From positions 5,029 through 69,028 of the IMG/VR virus record IMGVR_UViG_3300025598_002228: 64,000 nucleotides of DNA; one strand, given 5' to 3'. Shown piece by piece: positions 51,601-61,180 of the stretch (position 1 is the stretch's first letter; each line of letters starts with the position of its first letter). Below the pieces are notes generated by a model. The model was not told the DNA's origin and ran no database searches. It was given only the letters and a program-made list of their open reading frames with translations. This DNA comes from a virus. The position numbers were made by a program, and so were the translations under genes.

Positions 51601-53676
51601 CTTACCATTAGGCGCGAGCAATATCTCTCCGCCATCGGCATATTTTATATCATTTGGTATAGCTAAGTTTTGTGCTATGGCTTCAATAGCTTGGTCTGTT
51701 ACCTCTTTTTTTATCCTTCCATTTTCATCATAATAGTCGCCTATATAATCACCGAAAATAGAAGATTGAGGCGCAGCAATATATATTATAATGCCATCTT
51801 TTTGTTTTATCCTAATAAAATCTGGTGACTCGTCATCTTGTGATAATGCCATATTGTATATGCGACTTACACTATCAGCATAGGCATAATAATCTCCATT
51901 TATATAAATATAAACATCACTATTTTTATATTGCTGGTTGCTATTTTTTAAAAAAGCCAGCATTTTATTCATAGCACGTTTACCATTATACAATGATAAA
52001 TATTTTAAAATTATTTGTCGTGCTGTTTTATCATAAGGACTATCGGTGTTATTAAGAACTATTACTTTGGGCTTTTTTATTTCTTCTTTTACATTGCTAA
52101 TTGTAAATTTTTCCACCTCTCCGCCATCAGCATATTTCTTATGCTTGATATGAAGTTCATCCAGCAAATCATCATCTTGTATATAGTTACCGCTTTTTGA
52201 ATAGCCGTGCTCCGCCTTAAAGATAAAAGCATTAAGCCTTGCTAATCCCCATGCCATTCTCGAATTAGGCTTACCATCGGTTATAGTCGGTCTATGTGTT
52301 ACACTATATGCACCCATGCCTCTCCTTACAACTGCTTTGGCAGCATCCGATGATATTTTCTTTGATGGGTTTAATTTATTATATTCAGAAACCTTATGCT
52401 CAATTATTTTTACGATGGCAGCACTTAGTTCTATATTTTTTGCATGATTAAGGTCACTTGCACTATTCGGTGCATTTTTTTCTGAACAATGAATCCTATC
52501 TTTCAATGGGGCTGGTGTCTTAGAAGGATTAATTTCCCCACCATCTTCATGTTTAACTATACCGCCTTTATGCAACTCGGTTAATTCAATCAACTTTCCG
52601 TGCTTTATGAAGTCGTCTTGTAATTCAGGTATAAGATAATGCGTTTTTAGGGTAGAAGCACCATGACCGACTTTATTGGCAGCATACTTTACACATTTAT
52701 TGAACTCCCTCTTTCTTTTTTTCTCATCATTAATATCTTGCAGGTTGCATTTTTTTAACCTATCCAAGATATAATAATTAGCAGCATAACCGCGAATATC
52801 TTTCACCGATATTTTGTACTCTGATAAATACCTGTTTATTCGGTCAGCCTTTATCTGAAAGCCATCTTTAGTACAAAAGATAAAATCGCAATTAGATTCC
52901 TTTATAGCCCTTCTTAACTCCGATGCTAACAACTCATCAGTAAACTGTTTATTCTGCTCTGTACCTGATTTCCCGATATAATTCAGATATACGGTGTTTC
53001 CATCTATCTTGATGTGTTTTTTTTGTAATCCCGTAACTCCTACATGACCGTTGGCTGCTGATTCTTCATTGCCTACCCTCTCAGATGTTTTGTCAATAAC
53101 GGCTATTGCGAGAGCGGTAAGCCTGTCTTTATCATTACCCGATTTAATATCTCTGGTTACATTATTGCGTAAGCTTTGTATAGATTGTGCTATACTGGTG
53201 ATATGTTCTTTTTTTTTATCCCAGCGTTGCTTTAATTCATGGGGCGTTGCTTTAGGGGCTATCTTGCCACCTTTTTTCATGGTACTTTTACCAAAGCTTA
53301 CATTACAAGACTTTTCAGCTTGCATTTCATCCAATATCTGCCTTACAGTACCTTTGCGATTATGGGGTGCAGGGTCGAGCACTACGAGCCTGCACAGTAT
53401 AAAATCCCCGCTATCTGCATGGTGTTTATCAAATTTACATGAAAATTCATTATGGATATAGTCAAGAATTTTTTTATTGGTTTTATTGGTAAAAGTGAGA
53501 ATCTCATCCGAGTTATATGCATCTTCACATATCTTCATTTCGGAGCGTTCAACTTCGACCATCTGACTGCCATCAACAACTACTTTTATACCGCCGAGCG
53601 GATTACCGTGTTCATCGTAGTGCCTCTCCCCTACATACATGGGGCTTTTTGTATCATGGCTTTTTGTCATAATCAT
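48655..53676 (-). CDS. Polyvalent protein: TopIB, DUF5824-like, ADP-ribosyltransferase, Nudix, DUF3140, second ART-like, N6-adenine MTase
   Basis: RVGN/GKSG/KDIR/VGH/HYL; RRGMGAY..WGLARLNAF; VVYHGT..GFFF..EYIAFNPEQIK; GGVDAGE..AVKREIQEEIG; LVNMSAKEL..SLLIWGNDP; QYST/EPSAGNG/NPPF. Confidence 0.85.
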   Translation of the reverse strand: MIMTKSHDTKSPMYVGERHYDEHGNPLGGIKVVVDGSQMVEVERSEMKICEDAYNSDEILTFTNKTNKKILDYIHNEFSCKFDKHHADSGDFILCRLVVLDPAPHNRKGTVRQILDEMQAEKSCNVSFGKSTMKKGGKIAPKATPHELKQRWDKKKEHITSIAQSIQSLRNNVTRDIKSGNDKDRLTALAIAVIDKTSERVGNEESAANGHVGVTGLQKKHIKIDGNTVYLNYIGKSGTEQNKQFTDELLASELRRAIKESNCDFIFCTKDGFQIKADRINRYLSEYKISVKDIRGYAANYYILDRLKKCNLQDINDEKKRKREFNKCVKYAANKVGHGASTLKTHYLIPELQDDFIKHGKLIELTELHKGGIVKHEDGGEINPSKTPAPLKDRIHCSEKNAPNSASDLNHAKNIELSAAIVKIIEHKVSEYNKLNPSKKISSDAAKAVVRRGMGAYSVTHRPTITDGKPNSRMAWGLARLNAFIFKAEHGYSKSGNYIQDDDLLDELHIKHKKYADGGEVEKFTISNVKEEIKKPKVIVLNNTDSPYDKTARQIILKYLSLYNGKRAMNKMLAFLKNSNQQYKNSDVYIYINGDYYAYADSVSRIYNMALSQDDESPDFIRIKQKDGIIIYIAAPQSSIFGDYIGDYYDENGRIKKEVTDQAIEAIAQNLAIPNDIKYADGGEILLAPNGKISNLTPEQYKLVRTPEFISWFGDWLHDPANASKVVDENGEPLVVYHGTNTEFWKFDLKTKGKNTGWENTKYGFFFIADRGLAENFTKENGAGNRIISAFLSIKKPLDFTIAGLFTNEKQASDIVFALFGKKMESKKALSFLDENVGLGELGELMEELVTDKVYNHLKDKNYNGLISEFGKGIKEYIAFNPEQIKLADGTNTTFDPHNPDIRYEDGGDLKHQTVGCIIYHPEHGYLILKRGRLGESTDGMWHILSGGVDAGEDKDTAVKREIQEEIGYEGDMYIEHIESLPFEGYDFHYYYVELKDPIDISLNYENADVAWLTNLNDIFEYNLIPALEDYLQNNINVLTEYKQGGQFESENAHIYKIWKELVNMSAKELQVFYNSEEGKKAGLSSEQAHNLGIHYGRESARWIIKMKELPSQEWTPKMWEWAERQIRFIKRMSGNHGELIDKNGNKTRKYLSLLIWGNDPMKKENGGNIKMPKLYIHYSDAIFDKFAQAGDKEYTRKHSLTNKGIYFNEADTLIKYGKNKYEVQLFINKPFIINNGTHISEVKNPYTNKRIEVEHINEEDIKFLKEQGYDAVQAKYPAFQTVVFDKDQTRIIRRNGELINEPIYSSGGELTKSFEKKLEELLFMMSMQKIIADKLDLIDTEIKNYEYNLTALTADEYKFVSELFVDIESEVKHNKSSVEKIAAKYEITDKTQIKELTELAIILKGREISLKGKLTEKQKYEQLVKLYFNQPNLSHRSSESIKLQQYSTAIPIGYLMGLYCGIGSNKKTALYFEPSAGNGALTIAGYPDEFIVNELDKQRLKDLKFQNFKEVLNQDATKHFNGFDNKFDAVLTNPPFGAVDAIDYNGYKITSLEHTMALNALQTMKDEGKAAIIIGGHSAWDKEGRIQAGKNRSFFVLLNELYDVEDVINIDGHALYSRQGTAFDIRLILINGRRKKPAFPPLLNETLEATETNSGKVVKTFEDLWIRVDKIR

Positions 53677-53678
53677 GG

Positions 53679-54662
53679 TTAGGCTGCGCCTGTGGCTTTC
53701 TCTTTTTTTGCTTTTTCTAATTGCAACGCTGTCAATTCTGCCTGCATAGCACGTACTTCTTTATTTTCAAGATATTGAATTACGCCTAAAGTAGTGCCTA
53801 TTAAGCCTAATGCAATACTAAAAATTGTAAGATAATGACCGAGAGTAAGTTTTTCTTCACTTTGGGCTGACATAATTCAAAAATGTATTTTAGAGTTAGA
53901 AATATAACAAACAGAGCACATATAATAGTTGCCGTTGCTTTATATGCACTGAGCATTATCGTCTTAAATAAAGATATGAAATATAACATAAGGTAACAAA
54001 ATTAGCCCTTATTTATCTGCAATTGCTAATTTTATTCTCAATATCGCATTTGCGCTTATAAAGACTTTAATTTAGCTGTATCAGCAATTGTTGTGGTCTG
54101 TTTTATCGCTTCTAAATCTTCAATTGAATGCCCTTCATAAACATCTATAATTGAAATATTACTTTGAAGATATTGAATTACTCTCGCCAATGTTTCTGGT
54201 TTATTCAAAACATTTAACTCTCCACCCGCTCTTATGGCTGCTACTATACCTGTCGCCATTGTATCTATATCCTTCTTAATGGTCTCACCTGCACGTTGGG
54301 CATCTTTTGAATCAAAGAAAAAATCTTTATGATGGCTTATTTTAACCCTATGCGGTGAGGTATCGCTGTCAACGAGAATTGCTACTAAATGCTTCATATT
54401 ATTTATTTTTGAAATTTATATAATTTTTACCTTCATATTCTATATCATATACAATCACTGTATCTTTACCTGATTTGAAACGGCTAACTTCCTTTATTTT
54501 AACCAAGTCATCTTTATAGACATAGTTAGTGGTGTCCTCACATAGAATTATTATAATACTTATTATCGCTGTTATACCGATGGCAGATAAAAAATAATTC
54601 CTTATAAGTGTAAATATTTTTTTTAAACCTATCTCGTTGCTATCTTTAAAAGAATCTTCCAA
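53679..54662 (-). CDS. Small hypothetical proteins (53679 TM, 54056, 54399 TM)
   Basis: ORF track; TAAATTTG promoter near 54682. Confidence 0.5.
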
Positions 54663-54851
54663 TCTCTATCCTGTTTCATGCAAATTTAGTATTTTATCCG
54701 ATTTGAAAAAAACTTAATTAAATTAGGCAATGACTAACGAGTTACGACAAGATTTTATGATACATATGAATCTTATGTTATTTGTGTGTTTTTGCTATAT
54801 TGTAACATCTGACATTTTTACGTGTTGGTTGTGACTTATCCCGATAAAAAC

Positions 54852-57611
54852 CTATTCAATAGGAAACATACCTGCTGTATAGGTGTCATAAAGTTCAAAT
54901 AAAAATTCAATTCTCTTTATGTCTGTTGTAAAAGCAGGTTCTCGATAACATTTATCAACTGCTTTATCAAGCATATGGTGCGCCTGCAATAATTCATGAG
55001 GCATTAGTGATGTATCGTAAAGGTCTGCAAGGGAACTTCCCTCTCTAACGTATATTTCTCTTATATCAATTACCCTTTGGGCAGCTATCTCAACCGCATC
55101 TTTTTTTCTTTTTAGAATCCCGTTTGGAAATGGGAAGTTATTGTAAACAATTTCATTGCTGTATCTGTAATCACTTTTTATTCTTCCGCATACATACTTA
55201 ACCCAAGCCATATGCATAGCTGACGAGATAATGCCAAACTGGTAAAGTGTTGCATTGTCTATTGCTAGGCAACTATCACTTGCAATATTATTACTTGAAA
55301 AAAAACCAAAGGGTATATAATTCCTATTTTCAGATGAATGTCGTGGGATTAAGACATAATTTGATTTAGGCTGTCTAATTTCACCAAATAAATACGGGGT
55401 AGATGCCAATTTCTTCGTTGCTTCCCTGTTACTCTCTATACGATGCTTCCTAACTGCCTGCACGCGCTTATAAATTGCTGTTAAGCTCTTCAATTCATTT
55501 GGTTTAATTCCGACCAACCAAAGACACCATCTTTTTTTTCCATTAAGGTATTCATGGGCACTCAACAATGGCTTTATCCATTTTCTGGCGTTTGGCTCTT
55601 CTTTTATCAATTCCTTTTTTTCTTCGTCTGAGAGTAAAAGATGTCCTCCGTCATTTGGCATACTTCCGAATGATATTTCTGCCACATTGCATATTGGAGT
55701 TCTCCTCTTTAAAATTGTCGTGTCGTTCCCTTGAACTAAATAAGGGTTGATATTTCTCACTTTAAATCTATTAGGCTCACCCTTAATGTTATCATATTCA
55801 TATAGTAATTTATCTTTTAGGTTTTCCTTGCCAAATCCAATAACCACACAGTGAACAGCCGCTACACCTTCTGCCTCATTATGCCATCGAAAGGTTTGAT
55901 GAGCAAATTGAATTTTCAGTTTATATTTTCTAAATAAATAGCTCCATAAAATCCCCGTTTGTTCTCCCTGTGCAATACTATTTGTACTTACTAATGCAGT
56001 TCGTGTTTCTGTATGTACTTTCATGTATTCTGCTGCTTTTATATACCAACAAGCAACATAATCTAAAACGCCGTAACCATTAGCCTCGCTTAGTATTTTA
56101 TCAATATCTATTTTCTGCTCTGGCGATTGATGTTGCTTGCCAATGAACGGGGGATTACCTAATATGTATGAAAAGCTTTTGCCTTTTTTGTTTGTATCCC
56201 AATCTATATTTAAAGAATTATCATTCACAATAACAGCAGCTTCATCCAAAGGTATTGTAGGAACAGCTTTGCCAAATTCACTTTCAAGTCTCATGTTCAT
56301 TTGGTGTTCGGTTAGCCATAAAGCTACCTTTGAAATCATTGCAGAGGTGGGGTCAATTTCGTACCCATAAAAATTTTCAAGCGGTACATTACTTAGCCAA
56401 CTGGCATCTAGCACTCTTGTTCCTTTATATATTTTTCGGATTATCTCAATATCTAACAGACGCAATTCACGATATGTAACCACCAAGAAGTTGCCACATC
56501 CACAAGCGGGGTCTAAGAAAGTTAGTCCGTTTATTTTTGCTCTAAATCTCTCCAATGTGGATTTGTTGGTCTTTATATTTTCAAACTCTTCATGCAGGGT
56601 ATCGAGAAATAGTGGCTCAACAACTCTCTTAATGTTTTTTTCAGAGGTGTAGTGAGCACCCAAAGACCGTCTTTCGTCATTATTCATTACAGCTTGGAAT
56701 AGTGAGCCAAAGATTACAGGTGAAATATCTGACCAGTCATAAGCGCAACAATCTAAGAGGGCATCACGCAGGGCATTTGTTGTTGTTGGGACTTTGTGTA
56801 GTTTTATATTAAACAAATCTCCATTTACATAAGGGAACTTTGAAATGACCCCACTTAATATTTTGCGATTCTTTTTGTTAGTATTTAGTGTATCAAACAA
56901 AGAAAGTAAATGTTCACCAAGTGTTTTACCAGTCGTATATTCTCTAATATAATTTTCGAATTGTTTTTTTTCAAAAATGCCAGTATCCTCAGCAAATAGA
57001 CAAAAAAGGATTCTTGCTAATAAAATTGCAATATCATTTGAGTTGTACCCCTTGCGTTCAATAGCGTCATATACATTTGCAATTCGTCTTGCTGCTTCTT
57101 GATTTACCTTTTCCTCATCGGATTCTAAACGATTGGCAAACTCAAGAAAGAAAGCAAACTCATCTATTTTCGTTCCAATGTTTTCAAGCGGAACTTCAAT
57201 TTCAAATGAAATCTTTACTTTATCTGACTTGCTCATTTCGACAGAATACTTTTGTATTCTTTTGAAGTTCATTAGCAAAATAAATTGAGGTCTTTGATGT
57301 GGTAATAGGTTTTCAATATATTCCTCTGCTTGATGGAGCGTTTTATCCCAATGCTTAGGGTTATCCAAATGTGCCGATTTAGATTCAATAATTAGCTTAC
57401 CCGACCAGAACAAGTCAGCAAAGCCAGTTCCTGTTTCGTCTTTCTTTTGAATTGGCTTCTCGAATTGCGCCAAGTTCTTCCTATCGAGACCAAAGATTTT
57501 AAAAAACTCATTGGTAAATGTTTGCGATTCCGCCCTTTCTGTAGTAGTGCCTCTCCAACGAAGAATAAATGCCTCCGCACTATCTTTCATTTGTTTAGTT
57601 ATGATGGTCAT
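54852..57611 (-). CDS. MmeI-family Type IIL restriction-modification enzyme
   Basis: FADLFW..KLIIESKS nuclease, LGAHYTSE, FLDPACGCGNFL, GNPPFIG, SDYRYSNEIVYNNFPFP; 919 aa. Confidence 0.92.
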   Translation of the reverse strand: MTIITKQMKDSAEAFILRWRGTTTERAESQTFTNEFFKIFGLDRKNLAQFEKPIQKKDETGTGFADLFWSGKLIIESKSAHLDNPKHWDKTLHQAEEYIENLLPHQRPQFILLMNFKRIQKYSVEMSKSDKVKISFEIEVPLENIGTKIDEFAFFLEFANRLESDEEKVNQEAARRIANVYDAIERKGYNSNDIAILLARILFCLFAEDTGIFEKKQFENYIREYTTGKTLGEHLLSLFDTLNTNKKNRKILSGVISKFPYVNGDLFNIKLHKVPTTTNALRDALLDCCAYDWSDISPVIFGSLFQAVMNNDERRSLGAHYTSEKNIKRVVEPLFLDTLHEEFENIKTNKSTLERFRAKINGLTFLDPACGCGNFLVVTYRELRLLDIEIIRKIYKGTRVLDASWLSNVPLENFYGYEIDPTSAMISKVALWLTEHQMNMRLESEFGKAVPTIPLDEAAVIVNDNSLNIDWDTNKKGKSFSYILGNPPFIGKQHQSPEQKIDIDKILSEANGYGVLDYVACWYIKAAEYMKVHTETRTALVSTNSIAQGEQTGILWSYLFRKYKLKIQFAHQTFRWHNEAEGVAAVHCVVIGFGKENLKDKLLYEYDNIKGEPNRFKVRNINPYLVQGNDTTILKRRTPICNVAEISFGSMPNDGGHLLLSDEEKKELIKEEPNARKWIKPLLSAHEYLNGKKRWCLWLVGIKPNELKSLTAIYKRVQAVRKHRIESNREATKKLASTPYLFGEIRQPKSNYVLIPRHSSENRNYIPFGFFSSNNIASDSCLAIDNATLYQFGIISSAMHMAWVKYVCGRIKSDYRYSNEIVYNNFPFPNGILKRKKDAVEIAAQRVIDIREIYVREGSSLADLYDTSLMPHELLQAHHMLDKAVDKCYREPAFTTDIKRIEFLFELYDTYTAGMFPIE

Positions 57612-57728
57612 TTGGCTTTGGGTATAAATCTATGAAATTAGGTATTTTACAGTATCTTAACAAGTGTGAAGTCTACTGCGCAAATACATTGCGTGGAGAC
57701 AGGGTAACTTGCGTATGTAATATTTAAG

Positions 57729-58676
57729 TTGCAAGTTATGATTAGTGTTTCTGGATTTAAAAGTGTTATAGCGGTTTTAGATTTTTTCAATACAAAAGAA
57801 AAATGCGTTGCTTACCTTGAGCAACAGAGATGGACAAATGGAGTCTGTTGCCCTAATTGCGGTCACGAAAAGGTATATCGCACGGCTCGCGGATTCAAAT
57901 GCGCCAACAAAGAATGTACACGAAAACATTTCACAGTTATATCGGGAACTATATTTGAAAATACTAAGATAGAATTACGTTACTGGTTCGCGGCTATCTA
58001 TTTAATCACAGCTCACAAAAAGGGTATCTCTTCACATCAGCTTGCTCGTGACTTAGGAGTAAGTCAAAAAACTGCATGGTTTTTAAATCACCGCATTCGT
58101 GAAATGATGCGTGTAAAATCTCCTCAGATATTAAGTAATGTAGTAGAGGTGGATGAGACTTTTGTTGGAGGAAAAAATAAGAACAGGCATAAGGATAAAA
58201 AAGTTGAAAACTCACAAGGGAGAAGCGTGAAAGATAAAACGCCAGTAGTCGGAATGATAGAGCGGGGAGGTATGCTTATTACAATGAAAGTAAAAGATAC
58301 AAAAGGGAAAACCTTAATGCCTGTAATCGTGAAAAATGTCAAAGAGGGGTCAACTGTTATGACTGATGAATGGGGTGGCTATAACAAGCTACGAACTAAA
58401 TTTGACCACATGGTTATCAACCATAAACTTGGCGAATATGTCAATGGTGATATTTACACAAATAGCATAGAGAACTATTGGTCACTCTTCAAACGTGGCA
58501 TCATTGGAATATACCACCACATCAGCGAAAAGCACCTTGACCGCTATTGTGATGAATTTGCTTACCGATTTAATTCACGTACTTTAAATGACCGTCAAAG
58601 GTTTGAAACTACACTTACAAATTGCAGTGGTAGATTAAGTTGGAACAACCTTGTTTTCGATACTGAAAGAGTATAA
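57729..58676 (+). CDS. IS1595-family (ISXO2-like) DDE transposase
   Basis: CPNC..C Zn ribbon, KKGISSHQL..QKTAW, VEVDETF, TDE, TNSIENYWS.FKRG, EF.YRFN. Confidence 0.95.
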   Translation: MQVMISVSGFKSVIAVLDFFNTKEKCVAYLEQQRWTNGVCCPNCGHEKVYRTARGFKCANKECTRKHFTVISGTIFENTKIELRYWFAAIYLITAHKKGISSHQLARDLGVSQKTAWFLNHRIREMMRVKSPQILSNVVEVDETFVGGKNKNRHKDKKVENSQGRSVKDKTPVVGMIERGGMLITMKVKDTKGKTLMPVIVKNVKEGSTVMTDEWGGYNKLRTKFDHMVINHKLGEYVNGDIYTNSIENYWSLFKRGIIGIYHHISEKHLDRYCDEFAYRFNSRTLNDRQRFETTLTNCSGRLSWNNLVFDTERV

Positions 58677-58716
58677 GGAGTTCGGAAAGTAAATGTCTTT
58701 TTATTATATTTGCTCT

Positions 58717-58887
58717 ATGAAAAGTGCAACATCAAAAAAACTCCCGCAAAATAAAAAGCCCAGCAAATATGATGAGGTTTTCAAAGTGAATGCCTCATTT
58801 GAAGATATAATGCAGATTGCACTAAATACTAATAAGCGTGACTTGAAAAGTTACAGCGAAATTCAAAAGCTAAAGAAGATTGATTGA
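58717..58887 (+). CDS. Small passenger protein in IS1595
   Basis: MKSATSKK...FEDIMQIAL; TATATTTG promoter just upstream. Confidence 0.5.
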   Translation: MKSATSKKLPQNKKPSKYDEVFKVNASFEDIMQIALNTNKRDLKSYSEIQKLKKID

Positions 58888-58987
58888 ATGCTTACTGCAT
58901 AACAAATATGCAACTAATATAAAGTGGCAAAATCCTGTCGTAACTCGTTAGTCATTGCCTTAAATTATTGTTTTTGTTAGAATTGTT

Positions 58988-59023
58988 TATATTTGCTTTC
59001 AGAAAGACGTTCTTTAACATATT
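58988..59023 (+). promoter_or_regulatory. -7 promoter TATATTTG followed by boxA-like GTTCTTTAACATATT
   Basis: Promoter consensus at 58988-58995; antitermination boxA-like motif at 59009-59023. Confidence 0.5.
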
Positions 59024-59403
59024 AACAGGGCGGTTGTACGTCCTTATGGTGATGCGCGAGCGCAATCACTAAATCCTTTTTTAAAAAAAATATTTATATC
59101 AGTACAGCCAAAAAGAATAGGCTTGGGATTCCTTCAACAATAGGAAAAATTTTACAACGATTTGGAACTATTATATTAATACAACCCTTCGTAGCAGTAT
59201 ATTGGATGCTATACAACGCTATGATAGAATGTTCAATTATGAACCGAAATTATTAAGGTAGATACAACAATCGACGTGTATTGTATTTGACATTGGATAT
59301 TATAACCACAATGTTTGAAGGGTAGATACAACATATGTATACGCGCCTATCCCTTTTAAGACAGTAATCGCTATTTTGGGTTAAATTTAGTAATAATTAA
59401 ATG

Positions 59404-60054
59404 TATAATTAAAATTAAAGTTATGGATAATATTTTAGGTAAAACAAAAACCGATTTAATTATTGAACCACAAGTTTTAATTGACTGGACAAGTGATGTG
59501 ATGGTAGCCTCTTTCGCTCACAGGGCTTTATACTATCATACATCATTTAAAAAAAGAATTTATATGTCTGCACAGCAATTATTCGATGAACATTTAATAA
59601 ACTTTAGAGAAACCGTATTCAAAAATACACTAACAATTGAACGCCTGACCAGTATATTAGAGCATATGTCTAAGGGGTGTATAGCAAAATACGTTTTAAA
59701 TGACTATGTAGGATACGCGTTTTTAGATGAACACAGAAAAGTATAACCTGAATGTATATAGCACATCTAAATTGGCTACATCAAGCCTTACTTGCAGACT
59801 TGCACTTTCTTCAACAGTAAAGGCAACATCCAAATTCTCACTAATAATGGCTTTAACCCATGTTCCTGCATTACCGCTGCCTCCATGTATGCTCAAAGCA
59901 AAATTGTTGTCTCCATCAAGTTGGGATATTGTAAATGTATTTGTGTTAGCAGGGAATTGTATTATTTCGGATTTTAAAACCGATTTTTCTCGGTCAGAGC
60001 AAAGAATAAGATTGATAATGTTCATATAATTGAAATTAAAGTTATGGATAATAT
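59404..60054 (+). repeat. 30-bp direct repeat spanning two gene starts
   Basis: TATAATT(A/G)AAATTAAAGTTATGGATAATAT at 59404-59433 and 60025-60054. Confidence 0.8.
59423..59746 (+). CDS. Hypothetical protein
   Basis: Starts MDNIL within the direct repeat. Confidence 0.55.
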   Translation: MDNILGKTKTDLIIEPQVLIDWTSDVMVASFAHRALYYHTSFKKRIYMSAQQLFDEHLINFRETVFKNTLTIERLTSILEHMSKGCIAKYVLNDYVGYAFLDEHRKV

Positions 60055-60253
60055 ATTGCAAGAGGAAAAACAAAGTGAGTTTAGGGAAATAACTAATGAA
60101 GAAAGCAATAAGTATTTCCTTGAGCTAATAGAGAAAATTCGTGAACCGTTTGCATCCGAATTTAGAGCCATATTAGAAAAATATCCTAACCCATGTAAAG
60201 AGAGGGCAGATTTAGTTACGGATGCTATAAATCGTTCTTACGAAAAACTTTAA
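60044..60253 (+). CDS. Hypothetical protein
   Basis: Starts MDNIL within the direct repeat. Confidence 0.55.
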   Translation: MDNILQEEKQSEFREITNEESNKYFLELIEKIREPFASEFRAILEKYPNPCKERADLVTDAINRSYEKL

Positions 60254-60549
60254 ATTTCTTGAAATATTATCAATACCTCATCCCATCTCACGGTTTCAAT
60301 AAATAGCTTACCGTTTTCATCATTAAGCCATGATTTGATTTTGTATTCATGGACATCGAATACAATAAAAGCGTCAGTATCATTTTTCCTAATGATTGTC
60401 CATGCCCTATATTTTTGTGATTTTATGAGAATTTTGGTATTATACCTATCACCGCTCGGTGCTATTCTTTGTGTAAAGAACTCATATAAATTTCCGTCTG
60501 AACTATCAAATATTTTGCCATATAAACTTTCAATCGCTATGTTATTCAT
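60250..60549 (-). CDS. Hypothetical protein
   Basis: 99 aa ORF. Confidence 0.45.
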   Translation of the reverse strand: MNNIAIESLYGKIFDSSDGNLYEFFTQRIAPSGDRYNTKILIKSQKYRAWTIIRKNDTDAFIVFDVHEYKIKSWLNDENGKLFIETVRWDEVLIIFQEI

Positions 60550-60855
60550 TTATGGTTTTTTGGGCAATTTATTTGAATTATCAAATCGTGGTATATTTGA
60601 ATTATAAACAACAAATAAACCATAAAGTCATGGTTTATTTGTTTCAGGCTTTTTGAGTGTTTATATTAAGATTATGCTATTTAAAGAACTTACGAAATTG
60701 TCAATGGAAGCACTGGCGAAGCAACAGTCAGTGACACTTGAACAGGCAAAAGCGCAAACAAAAAGGGTACAGGAAAGGATTTCAAAAAAGAAAGAAGTAC
60801 CCGACAAAAAAATCACCGAAGACCCTGCGGATAAGCCTATTTCTTTTCAGGCAAG

Positions 60856-61158
60856 TTAAAAATCGAATAAATCTTTTGGATGTATATTCAGTGCATCGCA
60901 TATTGCTTTTATATGCGTAAGGCTTGTATTGGCTTTGCCTAATTCTATTCGGTTAATGGTACTTTCTTCAATATCGCACATATAGCCCAAAACTTCTTGG
61001 GTTAACCCCTTATCCTTTCGTATCTGCCTGACTTTTAAGCCAAAGGATATTATAAAGTTTATATGCCTTGTTCTTTTCACATTGAATATTGTAAAAAGAA
61101 TACGAAAACGAGATTGTGATATATGCCTGCTTGTGATTTTTAATATATATTTGGGCAT
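60856..61158 (-). CDS. XRE-family HTH regulator
   Basis: FGLKVRQIRKDKGLTQEVLG...INRIELGKANTSL...LNIHPKDLF; true start probably internal. Confidence 0.85.
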   Translation of the reverse strand: MPKYILKITSRHISQSRFRILFTIFNVKRTRHINFIISFGLKVRQIRKDKGLTQEVLGYMCDIEESTINRIELGKANTSLTHIKAICDALNIHPKDLFDF

Positions 61159-61180
61159 TATTTAACTTAAAAACAACTCA

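Larger units (their letters stand above)
54726..58959 (+). mobile_element. Complete IS1595-family transposon with passenger genes
   Basis: 31-bp TIRs GGCAATGACTAACGAGTTACGACA(A/G)GATTTT at 54726-54756 and 58929-58959 (1 mismatch); 8-bp TSD TTAAATTA at 54718-54725 and 58960-58967. Confidence 0.95.

Noticed and set aside
59150-59340. CRISPR mini-array
   Set aside because: Repeats are only 6-13 bp, irregularly spaced, with no cas genes.
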